From assembly GCA_965637545.1 (NCBI GenBank), contig OZ281498.1:20212001-20276000 (forward strand): DNA of 64,000 nt, given 5' to 3'. Position 1 is the stretch's first letter, and every line of letters starts with the position of its first letter. Both the position numbers and the translations under genes were made by a program. Positions 26,101 through 40,500 of the stretch are shown one piece after another. The notes beneath the pieces were generated by a model. The model was not told the origin of the DNA. It saw only the letters and a program-made list of their open reading frames with translations, and did not search any database. This stretch comes from Phallusia mammillata (lineage: Eukaryota).

Positions 26101-29100
26101 TTTGATTGTTTTCTTGAGACTAAAGGCGTATATTCGCAAAGTCAAAACATGTCTGCAATAAAAGGTAAATGCCCACTTCAGGTGTGGTGCTAAAATCGTG
26201 TCTTATGTTTTAACACTGTTGTTAAAAAGGGAACTATCCTTTTTAGTTTCCCGTATTGTTAGCTTTTGGAAAGACTATTTTACTAAGTGTAATGCAATAA
26301 CAGATTACAGGAATCAGCCTTTGTAGCCTTTACTTATCGAATGTACAAAATATGCTCAAAAAGAGCGGCAGACGATCGGCGTCAGTGTAATTGAATACCA
26401 CGGATTCTTGATGTTGACTTCCAAATAATTTCTGCAAACAAAAGATTTGTATACTGTTTCTCTACTGTAATTAACTGCTGTCTATTCACTGGTCCTCAAC
26501 AACACGTAGTGTGTCTACAGCTAAACAGACAAAACCTGCAGAAAACCATAAATGATTCCTCTCATTTTTGATAGGTATTGTGAATATTCAACTGTTGGAT
26601 GCCCGGATAACGAAACACTGACACAACCTGAAAATGGTTGTTGCTACTGTCAATCATTCGTATCTAGCACAGGTGTGTATAAAAAAATGTTGGTCTTCAA
26701 TACTTTGTAGTAGCCTACTCCTTTCTTAGTTTCATTGGCGAATAACTACGAAAAAAATACAATAATTCAAATTTGTCAAAATATACGGATAACGAGTTAT
26801 TTTCAAGTATTACATAGTAGTTGAGGCATACAACACTTTTTCATTGCAGCGTTAACCGTCACTATGACGTCAGCAAGCAACATGATGACGTCATCAAACG
26901 TCTTGAGCGAGTTGCTCACAAGTCCAAGCACTGTGCACGTTACTACCACAATTGGACAACGTCTACTGGAAGAGGTAATGTTTTGCGGTAATAACAGACC
27001 AAAGAAAGCTACTCTTGTATTTTCAGTAACTGTTTTTTTGCTTTAAAGTTCACAACAGTCAGCTCCACGGAACTGACAAGCACCACAGCGCCATCTTGTG
27101 GACAAGGCGAATTCAAGTGTTTCATATCTCGGGAATGTATCAACAGGTACAGGGTTGGTTTCTAGTGTATGTTATGGAAATCTATACAAGATATTTTGGA
27201 AGTAACTATTTTAAACACTATGGTTGGCATGTATATAAAAGGTCATGAAACACTGAAAATTGCGTTACCGTAAACCAAGTTTTCAATTTTACTTTTTAAA
27301 TACTGTATTCCAGTGTTCGAACCAAACTTGTAGGTTCGGACTTGAGTCTCGATAAAACGGAATTGATTCGGGCATGAGTTTATACTCAACATCATTTTTG
27401 CCTCAATTCGGGCTATCATTGTTTCGAAAAAAAATCGTTTATGCCGGATTTCAGGCCTTTACTTTCGGACTTGCACGTTAGTTTTAGGTCCGCTTACAAC
27501 TGATCAGCTTACAACTCCGGTACGGTTCCATATTGTAGTATTCTGAGGTTCGGTGTGAAATAAATTCGCTGACGTTTTAAAATGGGTTCTTTATAAGTTT
27601 GTATATTAGCAACCAAACCAAAAAAATAGTGCATTAACCAAAAGTATTTTTCACGTAATTGCACAGGACGGCAGTTTGTGACGGTGTCATCGATTGCACC
27701 GATGCATCAGACGAGGACGTCACACGCTGCTACGTCACAGACAGTGACGTCACCTGTGATTATGGGGAATGGTCAGGTTGGTCGCAGTGCGAACAAACAT
27801 GTGGTGTGGCAAGAAGGTCAAGACATCGAGGACTGAATCGAAGTGAAGATAGAAATACATCAAAGGAAACAAAGGAAACAGAATGTAAAGGCCCTTTTCA
27901 GGACTTCAGGTAGGAAAACTCAGTATTCTCTTTTCAGCAAGAATAGGTTCAATTTGACCTATTTTGACGCTCAAAAACTAGTTTTGAAAATTTAGTTTTT
28001 AGTTTTAAGAAACAACAAATGAAAATGTTTGTAAACTAAAATCTGATTATTACAAAAAACGTGTTTTTACGTAAGTAGAACCGCTTCAAAAGTTACGCAT
28101 AATCAGCTAAATCTTCAGGAAAATCTCTTCAAAAACGCAGTATTGGCAACATGGCATAAGTTGTACTTTTTTGTTTCTTTTACCAATCTACAATCTTAAA
28201 TTATTATTTTTCGACTACTATGGGCATTATTGACACTTTTTGTTGAGAACAATACAAATAAGCTTAATCAACTGTTTAACAGACCCAGTATATTTTTAAC
28301 GGAAAAGCGTGATACAAAGTTTCATGATTATGTATTTTATTTCTCGCAGCGTTTGTTTTATGACCTCATGTGCACGTGACGGAGCATGGTCTCCATGGCA
28401 ACACTGGTCTCAGTGCAGTCTAACTTGCGGAGGTGGAATCCAGATCAGAAGAAGGTCGTGCGACTCACCGGAACCACAAAATGGTGGGCAGGGGTGCCCT
28501 GGGGTCTGCTCCGAGACTAAAGTGTGCAATGCTGTGCCATGTACACCTGGTAAGCATTTTTTAAAATTAGTGGTTTCCAACCACTTTAGTACAAATTCCT
28601 CATTTCACAATTAAGAACGTTTTCATTCCTCTCTAATATAATATAGGCTAAACTATAGAAGGAGCATTTAAAATGGGGTCTTATGAAATTTGGATATATT
28701 TTCAGGGCCGAAGTGTCTATTTACAAACCGCATGTATAAATAAAAGTAAATTCCGCTCCCAAGCCTTAAAATTCCTTCCCAGTTCAAAATCACTGCCCTA
28801 AGTATCATACAATTATCAAAAACAAACAAAATATTTGATGAAACATTTTTAACAACTTGTCTTCTTACCTTTTGAAAATGTGCTTGATTTAATTTAAACA
28901 ATTACGTCCGGATGTTGAACAACAAGTTGAGAACCACTTTTATGGACCATCCAAAAATTGCTGCTCTTTTTGTATTTTCTCTGATACAATGTTTCCTGTG
29001 CCGTTCAGGATTCTGCAATGGCGGTCGTCTATTTGTGAACGGTTCCAGCTGCTCCGAATTCGAAGCCTGCTCTCAAACATGCGCAGACTTGAGCGCGAAT

Positions 29101-32100
29101 GTTCGTTGTAGATCGGAATGTGTTGTTCGAGACAACATCGGCGGCTGCTTTTGTCCGCAAGGCAGATACCTACAAGATGGAGCTTGTGTAACTATCGACC
29201 AGTGCAGGTATTTGATATCATTTTTTTACGTTATGGGTCCCTGAAAGAGACCCATATTGTTTTCGTCCGTTTTTTTCTCTTTTTTCGCTTTAATGCCAGT
29301 TTGTTCCTCCCGTAAGGATTTAAACTTTTTCAAATTTACACATATAAAAGCTAGCTACCCGAAGGTAATCTTTCCAAAGTTTGACCCCATATGATCTAAA
29401 AGGTTCACTTACAAACCCCTAAACTGGTAAAATTTCAATTAAAGCATCCCTTCGTCCAGCGCTGTGCTTTTTATGCAGGTCACATATTGTTTTGGTTCGG
29501 CTTTAATGATGGTTCGTTCCACCCATTCGGCAAAGAAACAACGCTTTACACATTTTTAAGTTTACACACATAATAGTTAAATTTTCTTTCAAGTTTGACT
29601 AAAAAAGTTAATCCTTTCATACTATGACCCCGTATGACCCAGGGGTACATCCGCAAGCCACCAAATTAGAAAAAAATATGTTAAATCAACTCTTTGCCCA
29701 GCTTTGTTTCGTACGGTTTGTTTTCTTTGCCTGTCCAACCCTGGTTTGTTTTACCCGGCTGGGAAAGAAAATGCTCTAAACTTTTTTTTTAATTTACACA
29801 AATTATAGTTACCAAAGTTAATCCTTTGGAGTTCACCCTGTTTGAACCTGAAAGATCCAGGGGTTCACCCACAAGCCCCCGAAATGAAATTTTAATTTGT
29901 GATATTTGTTCACTGCCATGTACTACAGACTAGTGCAGTTAGTTGTATGTCGACTAACTGCACAGGTCACGTAGATTCCAAACATAGCCATTTGTTAGGA
30001 TGATTGTCCGGTTAAAAGCTTGCAGTTTCTAAAATCGTCTATGTGAAGTACTATGCACATGTCGCAGATCTTAAAATTGTCTCGACAACTAGTCTTTTTG
30101 ACATGCAGATGTACAGTGAATAACAACGAGCACATACCACAATCAAGTTTTACTGTGGACGGTTGTCAATGCACTTGTGTGAACGGTCGAAAGAGCTGTC
30201 AATCAAATTGCACGATCGATTGTGGTTGGTCGCAATGGTCAGGGTGGTCCCACTGCGACAGGTAAGTTCTTTTACTAACTTACAGTTGACTCCAATGGTG
30301 TGGGTTTAAATCTTAGCCTAGATTTTTATGTTTTGTGTGATAATGAACAAAAATATCCTCTTATACAGTCCATAAATATTCCATATTGATTCTTCTTTAT
30401 TTTTGTACGTACAGGTTGTGCTTTCTGGTTTAGGGTTTGTTGGATTTGTTATTCTAGATGGGCTCCCAACGCCTGAACGCGATATACTCACAATGTGTCT
30501 GCTGTCGAGCTTCCTTTATTGCTAGCTCCTAAAATCTTTTAATTTTTTCGATTTCGGGAGTTGGTGACTTTAAATAAGTTCAAACCGTCGGGAACCACTG
30601 AGCTGGCACAATGCCGCTTTAAATTTCTTGCTTACGAGAACAATTAGTGGCCAAGATAGGATTAAAACCCACGACCGTACAAACATAAGGCAGTTGCTCC
30701 GAATACCAATACCAGCAATCTTGACAAATTTTCATGTCAGATTTCTTTAAACAAGGTATTATTTGACACAGAACATGTGGACACCGTGGACAAGAGCACA
30801 GATTTCGGTCGCCTAGTAACCCTACTGCTGTGGGGTCAGCGGGGTTAAAGTGCAAAGGTCAGAGTCACGAAACGCGTCCATGCATTACATCACGTGATTT
30901 ACCATTGCCATGTGCGCCTTCTTGGTCAGAGTGGGGAAACTGGAGTCCATGTTCTGCAACTTGTGGTATAGGAAGACAACACAGGGAAAGATATTGTCAA
31001 GGTGCTCTATGTGTTTGGCAATATGTTGGAAAAACTACTTGATCTATTGTGGATTATGTTGTTAAGAGCAAGCAAAGTGTTAAGTACCGAATTGAATTTA
31101 GGTAACATACGGATATCCAGTGTAATAGTAGTAAACAGTTTGTGTGGTGAATCATTGAATACCACGTAGTATATATAACTTGACAAACTAAAAACATAAA
31201 GTTTATTGAAAGGGTCGAAATGTTTTAGTTTTTAAAATCAATTCTTCTTAGCTAGTCGATCCACACAGGCTGCAAATCGGGCCTGGCTTTTCGGTTTCAA
31301 ATACTTCGCACCAGGCATCATTTGTGCCGCAATTTCACCAACTTTTTGCCCTCAATCGGGATTGTTATTTTTGAAATCGTTTTTACGCTCGCACTTCCGT
31401 TTTTTCATCGGGTCTGTTTCGGGCTTGCTTACAACCCTAGATGACTTACTAGATCCTTAAATTCGCTTTACTTTAATTAAAATTGTCATTTTTTGCAGTT
31501 GGCGGAAGTCACGTGTCTCTTTATATGTGTTCCGGTTCACTGAGGCCAGCTTCACACCGACAGACGCGCACGTGTTCCGCTTTACTGAGCACAACCAACA
31601 CAACGAAATGTTCTCAATGTCCACCCGACGCTACGTACAAATGCTCGCGTTGCCCTACCACTTGTCGAGACGTCACTGATGACGTAACGCACGGTTCTGG
31701 TTGTGCTAACGAATGTAGGTGGTCCTGCGTTTGTCCAGATGGATATTACTTGCAGGTATGTTGTGTTTTATGTATTAGTCTGACTTTTCCAGTCGTGAAA
31801 GTTTCTAACATTTTGTCAAGCCTGTAAAGCTAGGGTGGCGTTTTTGTTGCTCGATTGGGCTCCTTTTTGACATCGATTTGCGAGCTGTTTTAATAAGTTG
31901 CGGGTTGAGCTTGTTTGGGCGGGTTCTTAAAAGAGATGCATTTGCAATCATTGCAAGCAAATAATGTACAAAAATGTACGAAGCAGAAACATTTTTTATT
32001 ACAAACACCAAACGGACAATCACAACGACTGTAAATTTTTAATTTGTTTGTTTTTGATTTTATTTTAGACGGTAAGCAGCAACAACAGATATTACCACCA

Positions 32101-34524
32101 TCATACAGATATAGAGCAAAAAATAATGAGATTGTGTAAAAAACGTAATTAAAAGTTTTTCTACAGAAAAAGTTAAAATTCGGCTTCCTGAATTTATAAA
32201 CCTCTCATTTAAAAGTAAAAGCTTCATTATCTTGGCCTTAACTTCGCATCAATTACTATGTACAAGAACGTAAACAAAACAAAATATAACAGAAGTATTT
32301 TTTTAGGCCAACGAATGTGTTGCTATATCGAACTGCTCTTGCGAATCGACAACCATTTCACCATTCGACACCAGCTTAAACCATACAGCCCAAAGTGGTA
32401 ACCGTGTGATGATTGGATGTCACAGCTGTACTTGTGTTAGTGGTAGATTTGTCTGCACCAATCACAGTTGCGATGGCAGTTGGTTGCCATGGAGCCCGTG
32501 GTCTCAGTGCAGCCGTACTTGCGTCCAAATGTAAGTTTCTTTTGTTAAAAACTTAATTAAACGTGAATCTTAAACAATATTTTTATCTTTATGCGTTTTA
32601 CTGTTATGAATAAAGCGATTTCGTAGTTAGTTCTTTTGCTGTTCAACGTAAAAGACATCATTTTTACCACAATAAATACTATTTTTGTCTTAAAATACAA
32701 AAAAAAAACGTTTTTATTTTAATTTCCGCTATTCATTAGGTTTAACAACTCAAGCAGAGCGAATATTGGAGTGTCGCAAAGGTCCCGAATTTGCAGCAAA
32801 AAAGGTATTACAAAAATTCGTAGTTTTTTAAAAGGAAAAAATGCTACGGTCAAAACTGGATTGCCTAAATATGTCATTTGGTATTGTGGTTGCCATCTTT
32901 ATGGAAAATATCACAAAAACTTTATTTTTAGGCCAATGTCATGGGAATAGAGTACAGACTGTTCACTGTGGGTTAAATCTTTGTTCAAGCGACGGAAAAT
33001 GGTCGACGTGGTCTGCATGGACTCAATGCGACAGGTAAGAACAAATAAGCAAAAGACTATAGGAAAAAGCTGTTTAACAACTTTGATAAACAACTTGACG
33101 TAAATTTCGTTAACGTTTCGCCAAATAATATAAATCCATAACTTGGATCAGCCTTGAAGCATCCATATAGAACAGCAATCACAGCAAACTCAGTATAAAA
33201 TCGTCAGGCCTATTGAAGGCGTAATACCGAATCAGCCGGTCACCAAGCATTTACGAAATGACAAGGCGTATGCTAGAAAATCTAGCCCGCGATGGGATTT
33301 GAACCCACAAAGTTTCACCGATTGGATGAAATTTCAACAAAAAAGAACCAGTACATTAAATTTATGTGTTGCAATTTTTACCTCATTTACTAAACCGAAA
33401 TACGGGTTCAGTTGTTAGTGTTAACTGCAATGATTTGTGTATTGCGACAATCGTAACATTTCAGAACTTGCAATGGAGGAATCCAAGTTCGCCGAAGAAC
33501 CTGTCGTGGTGAAAACGGGATAATTTCCACAACTTGTGGTGGTTCAGCTTACAAGGTAAAAATACATTAACCAAATCCCAATTGTAAACTGTAGATTAAA
33601 TATTTTAAACCCACACACACCTTTGCAGGTTAAATCCTGCTTCCTAGAACCATGTAGACCCGGGCTATGTCCTGTCGGATCAAAACCTGTACGAAACTGC
33701 GGGAGCTGCAAAGGAGGTTTGCGTCACCTGTGACGTAATGCCTGCGTGACGTCACCATAACAATATACATTTTTCTTCAGTTTCAACATGCCTCGGTTTG
33801 AGTAGCGATTTCAGTGATAACGTACCTTGCGGCCATAGCAACACCACCAGTGACGCAGTCGCTTGTGACGTGGATAGGTGCGAGTGTGACGTAGGATTGC
33901 TATGGCAGAACGGGAGATGCGTAACACGTGACCAGTGCAGTTGTAACGTCAAGGGGGTTATTCGAGGGTAAGACTTTGAGACTGTTACTACATATGTCGA
34001 ATGTTTGAGGGCGTGACGCTATATACAGGTCAATACTGAGTTAACAACAAGTAAAATTGGGAATCGATTTTAGTCGCATTATTATGTAACAGCAAAATAG
34101 CAGTGGACGCATTGTCACGCACAGAAACAATGGCGTAGACTTACCACCTTTTTATCCACAGACCTGGTTCTGTGTTTGACATTGGGCATTGCACTACTTG
34201 TTCATGTAATAACGGTCAAGTCGACTGCCGGCCTAAAACCACCAACGGTACTCGCACTTGTGGTATTTCTGATACTTGCAATGACATCATCAGCAGTGAC
34301 GCAATGTGGTCTGCATGGAGACAATGCAGTCGAAGTTGCGGTGTCGGAATTCAAAGACGTTTTGGGTAATTTTGCATCAACCCAATATTATTTGAAAAAT
34401 GTATGATTGATTGGCTCAAAAATATTTAGGCGTTAAAATCCTGTGTTAAAACATAATTAATTAGTTGGGTAAAAAAAGCATATAACTATGGGTAACTTGA
34501 TGTGTCAATGTGTATAATTATGTA

Positions 34525-34562
<38 letters not shown>

Positions 34563-37500
34563 TTAAGCTTCCTTATTCAAATAGAATCATGAGCTTTTTA
34601 TTAATTTAGATACATAATTGGCGAAAAATATGTGTTCTTTTCATTAATATGACATATTTTGCCTAAACGTTTTTACGCTTAAAGTTTATACTGAAAAATT
34701 AAATAAGCAAAAGCATATTCGTCAATTAAAACCTTGTGGACAATGCCTTTTATGCAATGCTGAAAATGTTGTTTTGAATTAATTAGAACGTTCAGATCAA
34801 AGTACTGGGAAAATTATGCAAGTTATTGGTGTCAGAGGGACTTACATCAACAGAGGGATTGCAACATCGAATCTTGCACGGCGAACAACTGCACTGGTAA
34901 AGATATTTTTTCGTAACTTGTACTGATGGTGTTTTGTGCAAATTTTAAATAAGCTTAAATTTCTTTGTACAGATGTGACTTGCAAACAAGAATGGTCCAC
35001 TTGGGGGGAATGTAGTACCACTTGCGTTTCTAGTGACAACCGCTCGTGGCGTCATCGATACCGTCATTGTGACGTAACGTAAGTGCAGATACGCATCTGT
35101 TTTTCAAATTCGAAGTTGTTAATTATCTGTACACTGGTTTTTCCTCTGTTTTGCAACGAAATGATATTAAATTTAGTTTTTTAAAATGCAGCTAAATATA
35201 GACGAGGCTGATTCGAAACTAACTTTAATTTACAGTTTTTACTTTAATAACTTTAATAACAATTTTATTTTAATTCAAGCTCTACAAATTGTTCAACCGC
35301 TGTACAATCGTCAAAATGTGACCTCTCTCTGCTACCCGCCTGCCGAAAAGGTCACGTGGCATGGGGCGCGTGGTCTCACTGGTCAGAATGTTCGGTCACG
35401 TGTCAGGCTAACACCACGTGGTACGGAGTTGGTGGATTTCGAATCAGAACACGGGTCTGTTTGGAAGGTTTGTGTTAAGTTTCAATTGATTCTTTTAAAT
35501 ATAGAACAAACATTTTGCCCACCAGGTTGCATATTTAACATAGCTTTTAGTCTAAGCAGTGTACAGTTTGTTTTCTGAGAGTTTTTTGCTCCTAAAATTA
35601 ATATTTTTTATCCCACTGCGTTTTGTCATACTTCACATTCGCTTACAAATAATACAAAGTCCTTTGTCTAAGACAGCGTGGTCCAACTGCAGGCCCGCGG
35701 GCCAAAAAAAAGAAATAATTTTGTTGGCCCGCGAAAGTCCCAACATTTTAATGACAACTATAAGTTTTGTTTTCAATAATTCAATCTTTTCAAAATGTGA
35801 GGATTACCACATACTAAATACTGCTAAATCTCATATTGTGACGCATGACAAGGCATTGTTATGTAATAAAGGGTTCTGCTTCTATAAACCGTTCAGAGGC
35901 ATTTTTGCGCTAGAGTGGAAACTGTTTTTAAAATGTTTTTGACAGCTTCTACTCAGTAAAACTATAAAATATAAAAATAAACTTATCTTTTGATAAAAAA
36001 GATGTAAAGTTACCCTAGAGTTTGACCTAGAAAAAAAAAGTCTTTCCAGCATAAATTTAAACCTTGGCCTGCGTAGTAAGTTAACGATTTTGAATGGCCT
36101 GCAACAATATAAAGTTGGACCACACTGGTCTAAGACACGAGTAATTTTTTATAACTTTGAAATCAATTAGACTAAAACTATATTAAACTTGCAAACGCTA
36201 TCGGGATTATTCCAGTCAAGCACGTAAGTCGAGTCAGAGACGTAATTGGAGTCTCCAAATTCGGGCATGACTCGTATAGGACTCGAACCGAAAACAGAGT
36301 TGTAACTCGCCAGATACCCTTTACTTGAATCGAATTATATGTTCAAAAACTCCCTTGACTCGAGTAACACAATTTAAACTGTATCGAGTGAATTTAGAAA
36401 ACTACTCCTAAGTCACAGCCAGAGTCCAGGCGAGTTTTGACTCGGGTATACTCGTCTTTATTGGAGTCGCGTGCACCCATTAATTGAAAAAGTAACTAAA
36501 ACCGTTCCTCCAAAAAGGAAAAGTGTGTCAAAAAACATTTTCAAAGACCGTATACAATATTTTGTAGCAATAGTATTTCTGAATCAGTCAAATTACATCA
36601 TTGACTGCATTTGCAGGTTATGCATGCCCAGGCAAAGACAGAGAATTTGGCATTTGTGAGACGCAAAACTCGCGAAGTGTTTGCAACGGGACCTCTCTGC
36701 CGCCCACTACTGACAGCCACTGCGAGCACGTGATTTCTGGAAGTCGCTACAGCGAATGCAGACCCATATGTTTTAAGACGTGCGAAGGACAGAAGGTAAT
36801 GTTACCTTCACTCGTTTTTTAACAGATCTTTTCTTTTTAGCCCAAGGTAGCCTCATATTTATCTTTTTATGAAGGTATAACTGTCGAGGTGTCTTTCGAA
36901 GCAGTTTTTTTCTTTTGCTTGTTCAACAAGTTAGATGATTTTTAGGTTTGCCAGACGTCTTGCACTCCCGGATGCTACTGTCCTAGCGGAAAAGTGCTGA
37001 GTCACGATCGTTCGGCTTGCGTGAGTCGGCAGGAATGTGGCTGTTATGACGTAATTTCTAGAACTTTCTATGCGAACAATGAGGTGAACAACTTAAATTG
37101 AAAATAAAATTTATACACAAAAATATAAAAACTATAAATCAGATACTTTTTTCCGCGATATAGACTAAAGGTTTTGACATAACCCTATTCATAATATTAA
37201 ACAAATCAGTGTGTTTTCCTGCCTTACAAAAAATACTTTCTACAGGAATTTATGCGACCAACTCTTTGTAACTACGATTGTAAATGTATGAACGGATCCA
37301 TAACCTGCAAGAATTCAACGGAAAATGTGGAGAAGAGTTTATGCGAATGGTCACATTGGTCATCTTGTATGAAGTAAGTTACCATTAGACAGTTAACGTA
37401 TCATATTTTTTTAAACTGCATCTCAGAAAAATGCCCCAACCCAGTGGTTTCCAACCTTTTTCGACGAATTCCTTCCCTTTTCTCCCCAATATATTGCATA

Positions 37501-40500
37501 GTAGATGCTAAACCATACAAAGGTCATTTAAAATTGGGTATTTTATCAATTTCGCAGGTTCTTACAGCTTCTGTCTCTGTATACAAACCTCATGGTAAAA
37601 TCAAAGTAAATTCCTCCCCACCAGTTTTAAAAAATCCTCTCTTGGGAGGAATTTCTTCCCGTTTTTGAACCACTGCCCTAACCAATAAGTTGTAAACGTT
37701 AATTGTAACCCTATTGTTTCCAATCAAATGTTTAAACACTGCCGTCTAACCGTTTAAACAAAATTGCATTGCAGATCATGTCAACCCCACAACAGGTCAA
37801 GGGTCAGATCTTGCGAATGCGAGGGTTCAAAGGTCAACACGAGTTGCACCGTTACAAACAACTTCCCCATGCCAGTTGAAATACAAACCGCCCCCTGTCC
37901 AGCCCTCCAAGGGTGTAAACTGCCGCCTCATAGGGTCCAAACTTGGGGTCAATGGGGTCCGTGGACGGACTGCACGTGTATGAAATCGTACAGTATGCGA
38001 CGACGTCAGTGCATGACGTCACTGGGATGTGACGGGGTGATGATGCAAACGAAACCTTGCAGGTTAGTAAAATTGCCACAAAGAAAACACTTTCCACTAG
38101 CTCTTCAGTAAAACAAGTATGTTGATACAAATTTCAGATGGAGTGTTACCAAGTGTGGTCTTAAATGTCCTCCGGGTCTTGTGTTGTCTCCATGTGGTGG
38201 CGCCATTGAGCAAAGTTGCCCAAAAACATGTCTCGGGTTTTCGCCGAATGTGCAATGCCTGGGTCAAGACGACGATGATAGTTCGGACCTGACAAGTAAG
38301 ATTCAAAAAACGACAAATACGTTTTCGATGTTCGCTCGAAAAATAACTGTAGTTTCCTTGTTGACTTGAACAAGCAACTTAGTTTTGAGATGGATTTGCC
38401 TAAAATCGTTAACCATTGGAAGCTCCTAAGCCAAAATAGTTTGTCACGCGTTCGAGGCAGGCATTTAACCTATAATGAAAAGAGGTTTAATGAGACCATC
38501 GTTTTCACTTCGTTGTTCATTCCAATTTTATATTTGTTTGTAATAATCTACTGAGTTAAGATGATCATGAATTCTTGGGGTGAGCCCTGAAGCGTCCATG
38601 CCTAGGGCTGATCCCAGTTAAGAATTTATATTCTTCTTAGCTGATACTGATTAGTTCGTGATCCCTCACTACGAAGCTGACATCTGCTGCATTCGTGGCA
38701 GGCAACGGTGCTTCGACTTTCGACTGGTTTACCGCTGAGCCCGCGTAACTCAGTTGGTAGAGCGCGAGTCCCGAAAGAGCTCCTGTCGTGGGTTCGAATC
38801 CCATCGCAGGCTAGATTTTTCTACGCCGTACTATGGCCGTATTACTGAATTAGCAAAATTTGATAATTTGTTTGGAAATTTGACCTCTCGTGTTTTCAGA
38901 CCGGAAACGAAGATGGGATAAATGTGTCCCACAATGCATCTGTCCAAACGGCATGCTACTGAATCCGTTGGACCGAGACGAAGGCTTCGGGTGCGTTCAA
39001 CCGGAACGGTGTTCGTGTTTCACATTTCCATCGACTGGGGGTAATTGATATTCAAGTTTTTTTTTGCTTAAAATTGCGCTAGTGACGTAATAATCTCGCG
39101 CTGACGGCATGAGTTTGATTTAAAATGAGACCTACTCTTTGTATAATTATCATCCAAAACTTTTTGTCATGTATCTAAATTTTATTTAATTGAGTACTGA
39201 TTGTTGTTTTGGTAATAGAAAAACAATACAAACAGAAATATTATTTTTTCTGCTAAACAGAAATGTATTGACAATTTGCATGTTTGTTTAGGTTTCAATC
39301 ATTACCGTTTTAACGAAAGTTTCCAACACAACTGCAAACAGTGTACATGTGGATTAAGAGGAATGATAAAATGCTCTACAGAATCAGGTAAACGTAAATA
39401 ATTTTATGTTAAAAGGGGGTAACATACAATGCGTGTTTATTGGGGGAAACGTTTAACAAAATAACTCATTTAAACCTATATTTCAGATATCGTAAACTGT
39501 ACTAGAGACGAAGGGTGGAATCTATGGACAGATTGGAGCCAATGTAGTGGTATGTTGACTTGATTCTTATTTGGTCTAAAATTTAAAAGTAAACTTTCCC
39601 AAGATATATTACCAAAAAGGTACAGACTAAAAAAATGGAATTTTATTTATTCTTTGCTTCAGCTACTTGCCAAGGTGGTCAGAAACAGAGGAACCGAATT
39701 TGTTTGAAGGAAAAACAACAATGTATTGGAAACTCGGATGAAGTAAGTCCAAAAAACTTGCTAAAGTTTTTCAACAAGTTTTTAAAGTAATTGCGTCATA
39801 TTATTGCGTCATTTTTAAAAAAGCAATGTCATATGACGTCATCACTATCTCTCTAATGGCAAAAAATACGTGTTCAATATTTTTTCCCAAATAAATTTGA
39901 TGACGCACAACAGGTGATGTCATGCAATGATGACGTGTCGTGCACGATGGGGGCGTGGCAGGGGTGGAGCGGCTGCAGCGAGACTTGTGGAGGTCAAAGA
40001 GGGGTCAGGATGAGGTCACGAACTTGTCGTCATGGTAACGTTTGCGATGAGCAAAATTTGAGGCAAATTATCAGATGCATTCCCAGGTAAGTTATGGTTT
40101 TAAACAGTTAACTCTAATTTTTAAATTTAAATTGTATTCTATTTGAATACGAATTTTAAAGCATGTCTGTAAAACCTCATCTTTGCACTTTTAGGGAATT
40201 TAATGAGAGGTTGAATGCAAAAATATCTAACTTTAGATAACCATATGCTTTTTTATTCCAATAAACGATTTAATCTTATAAAATGATGTGTAATCGGTGG
40301 AGGGATTTAGCCCGTTTGCACCGGTTTTATGAGATCAGCGAACCAGTTAGCATTACTGGTTACTGTATGAGTTTACTTTCAATGAACCGGCTGAAATTAG
40401 GATTTTTGTGAAAGAACCGGCTTTCAAAAAATGTGAATCCCACCACTGTGTGTAATAAATAGTAAAATATACTGTGATGTGTGTAACTGGCAAAAAAAAA

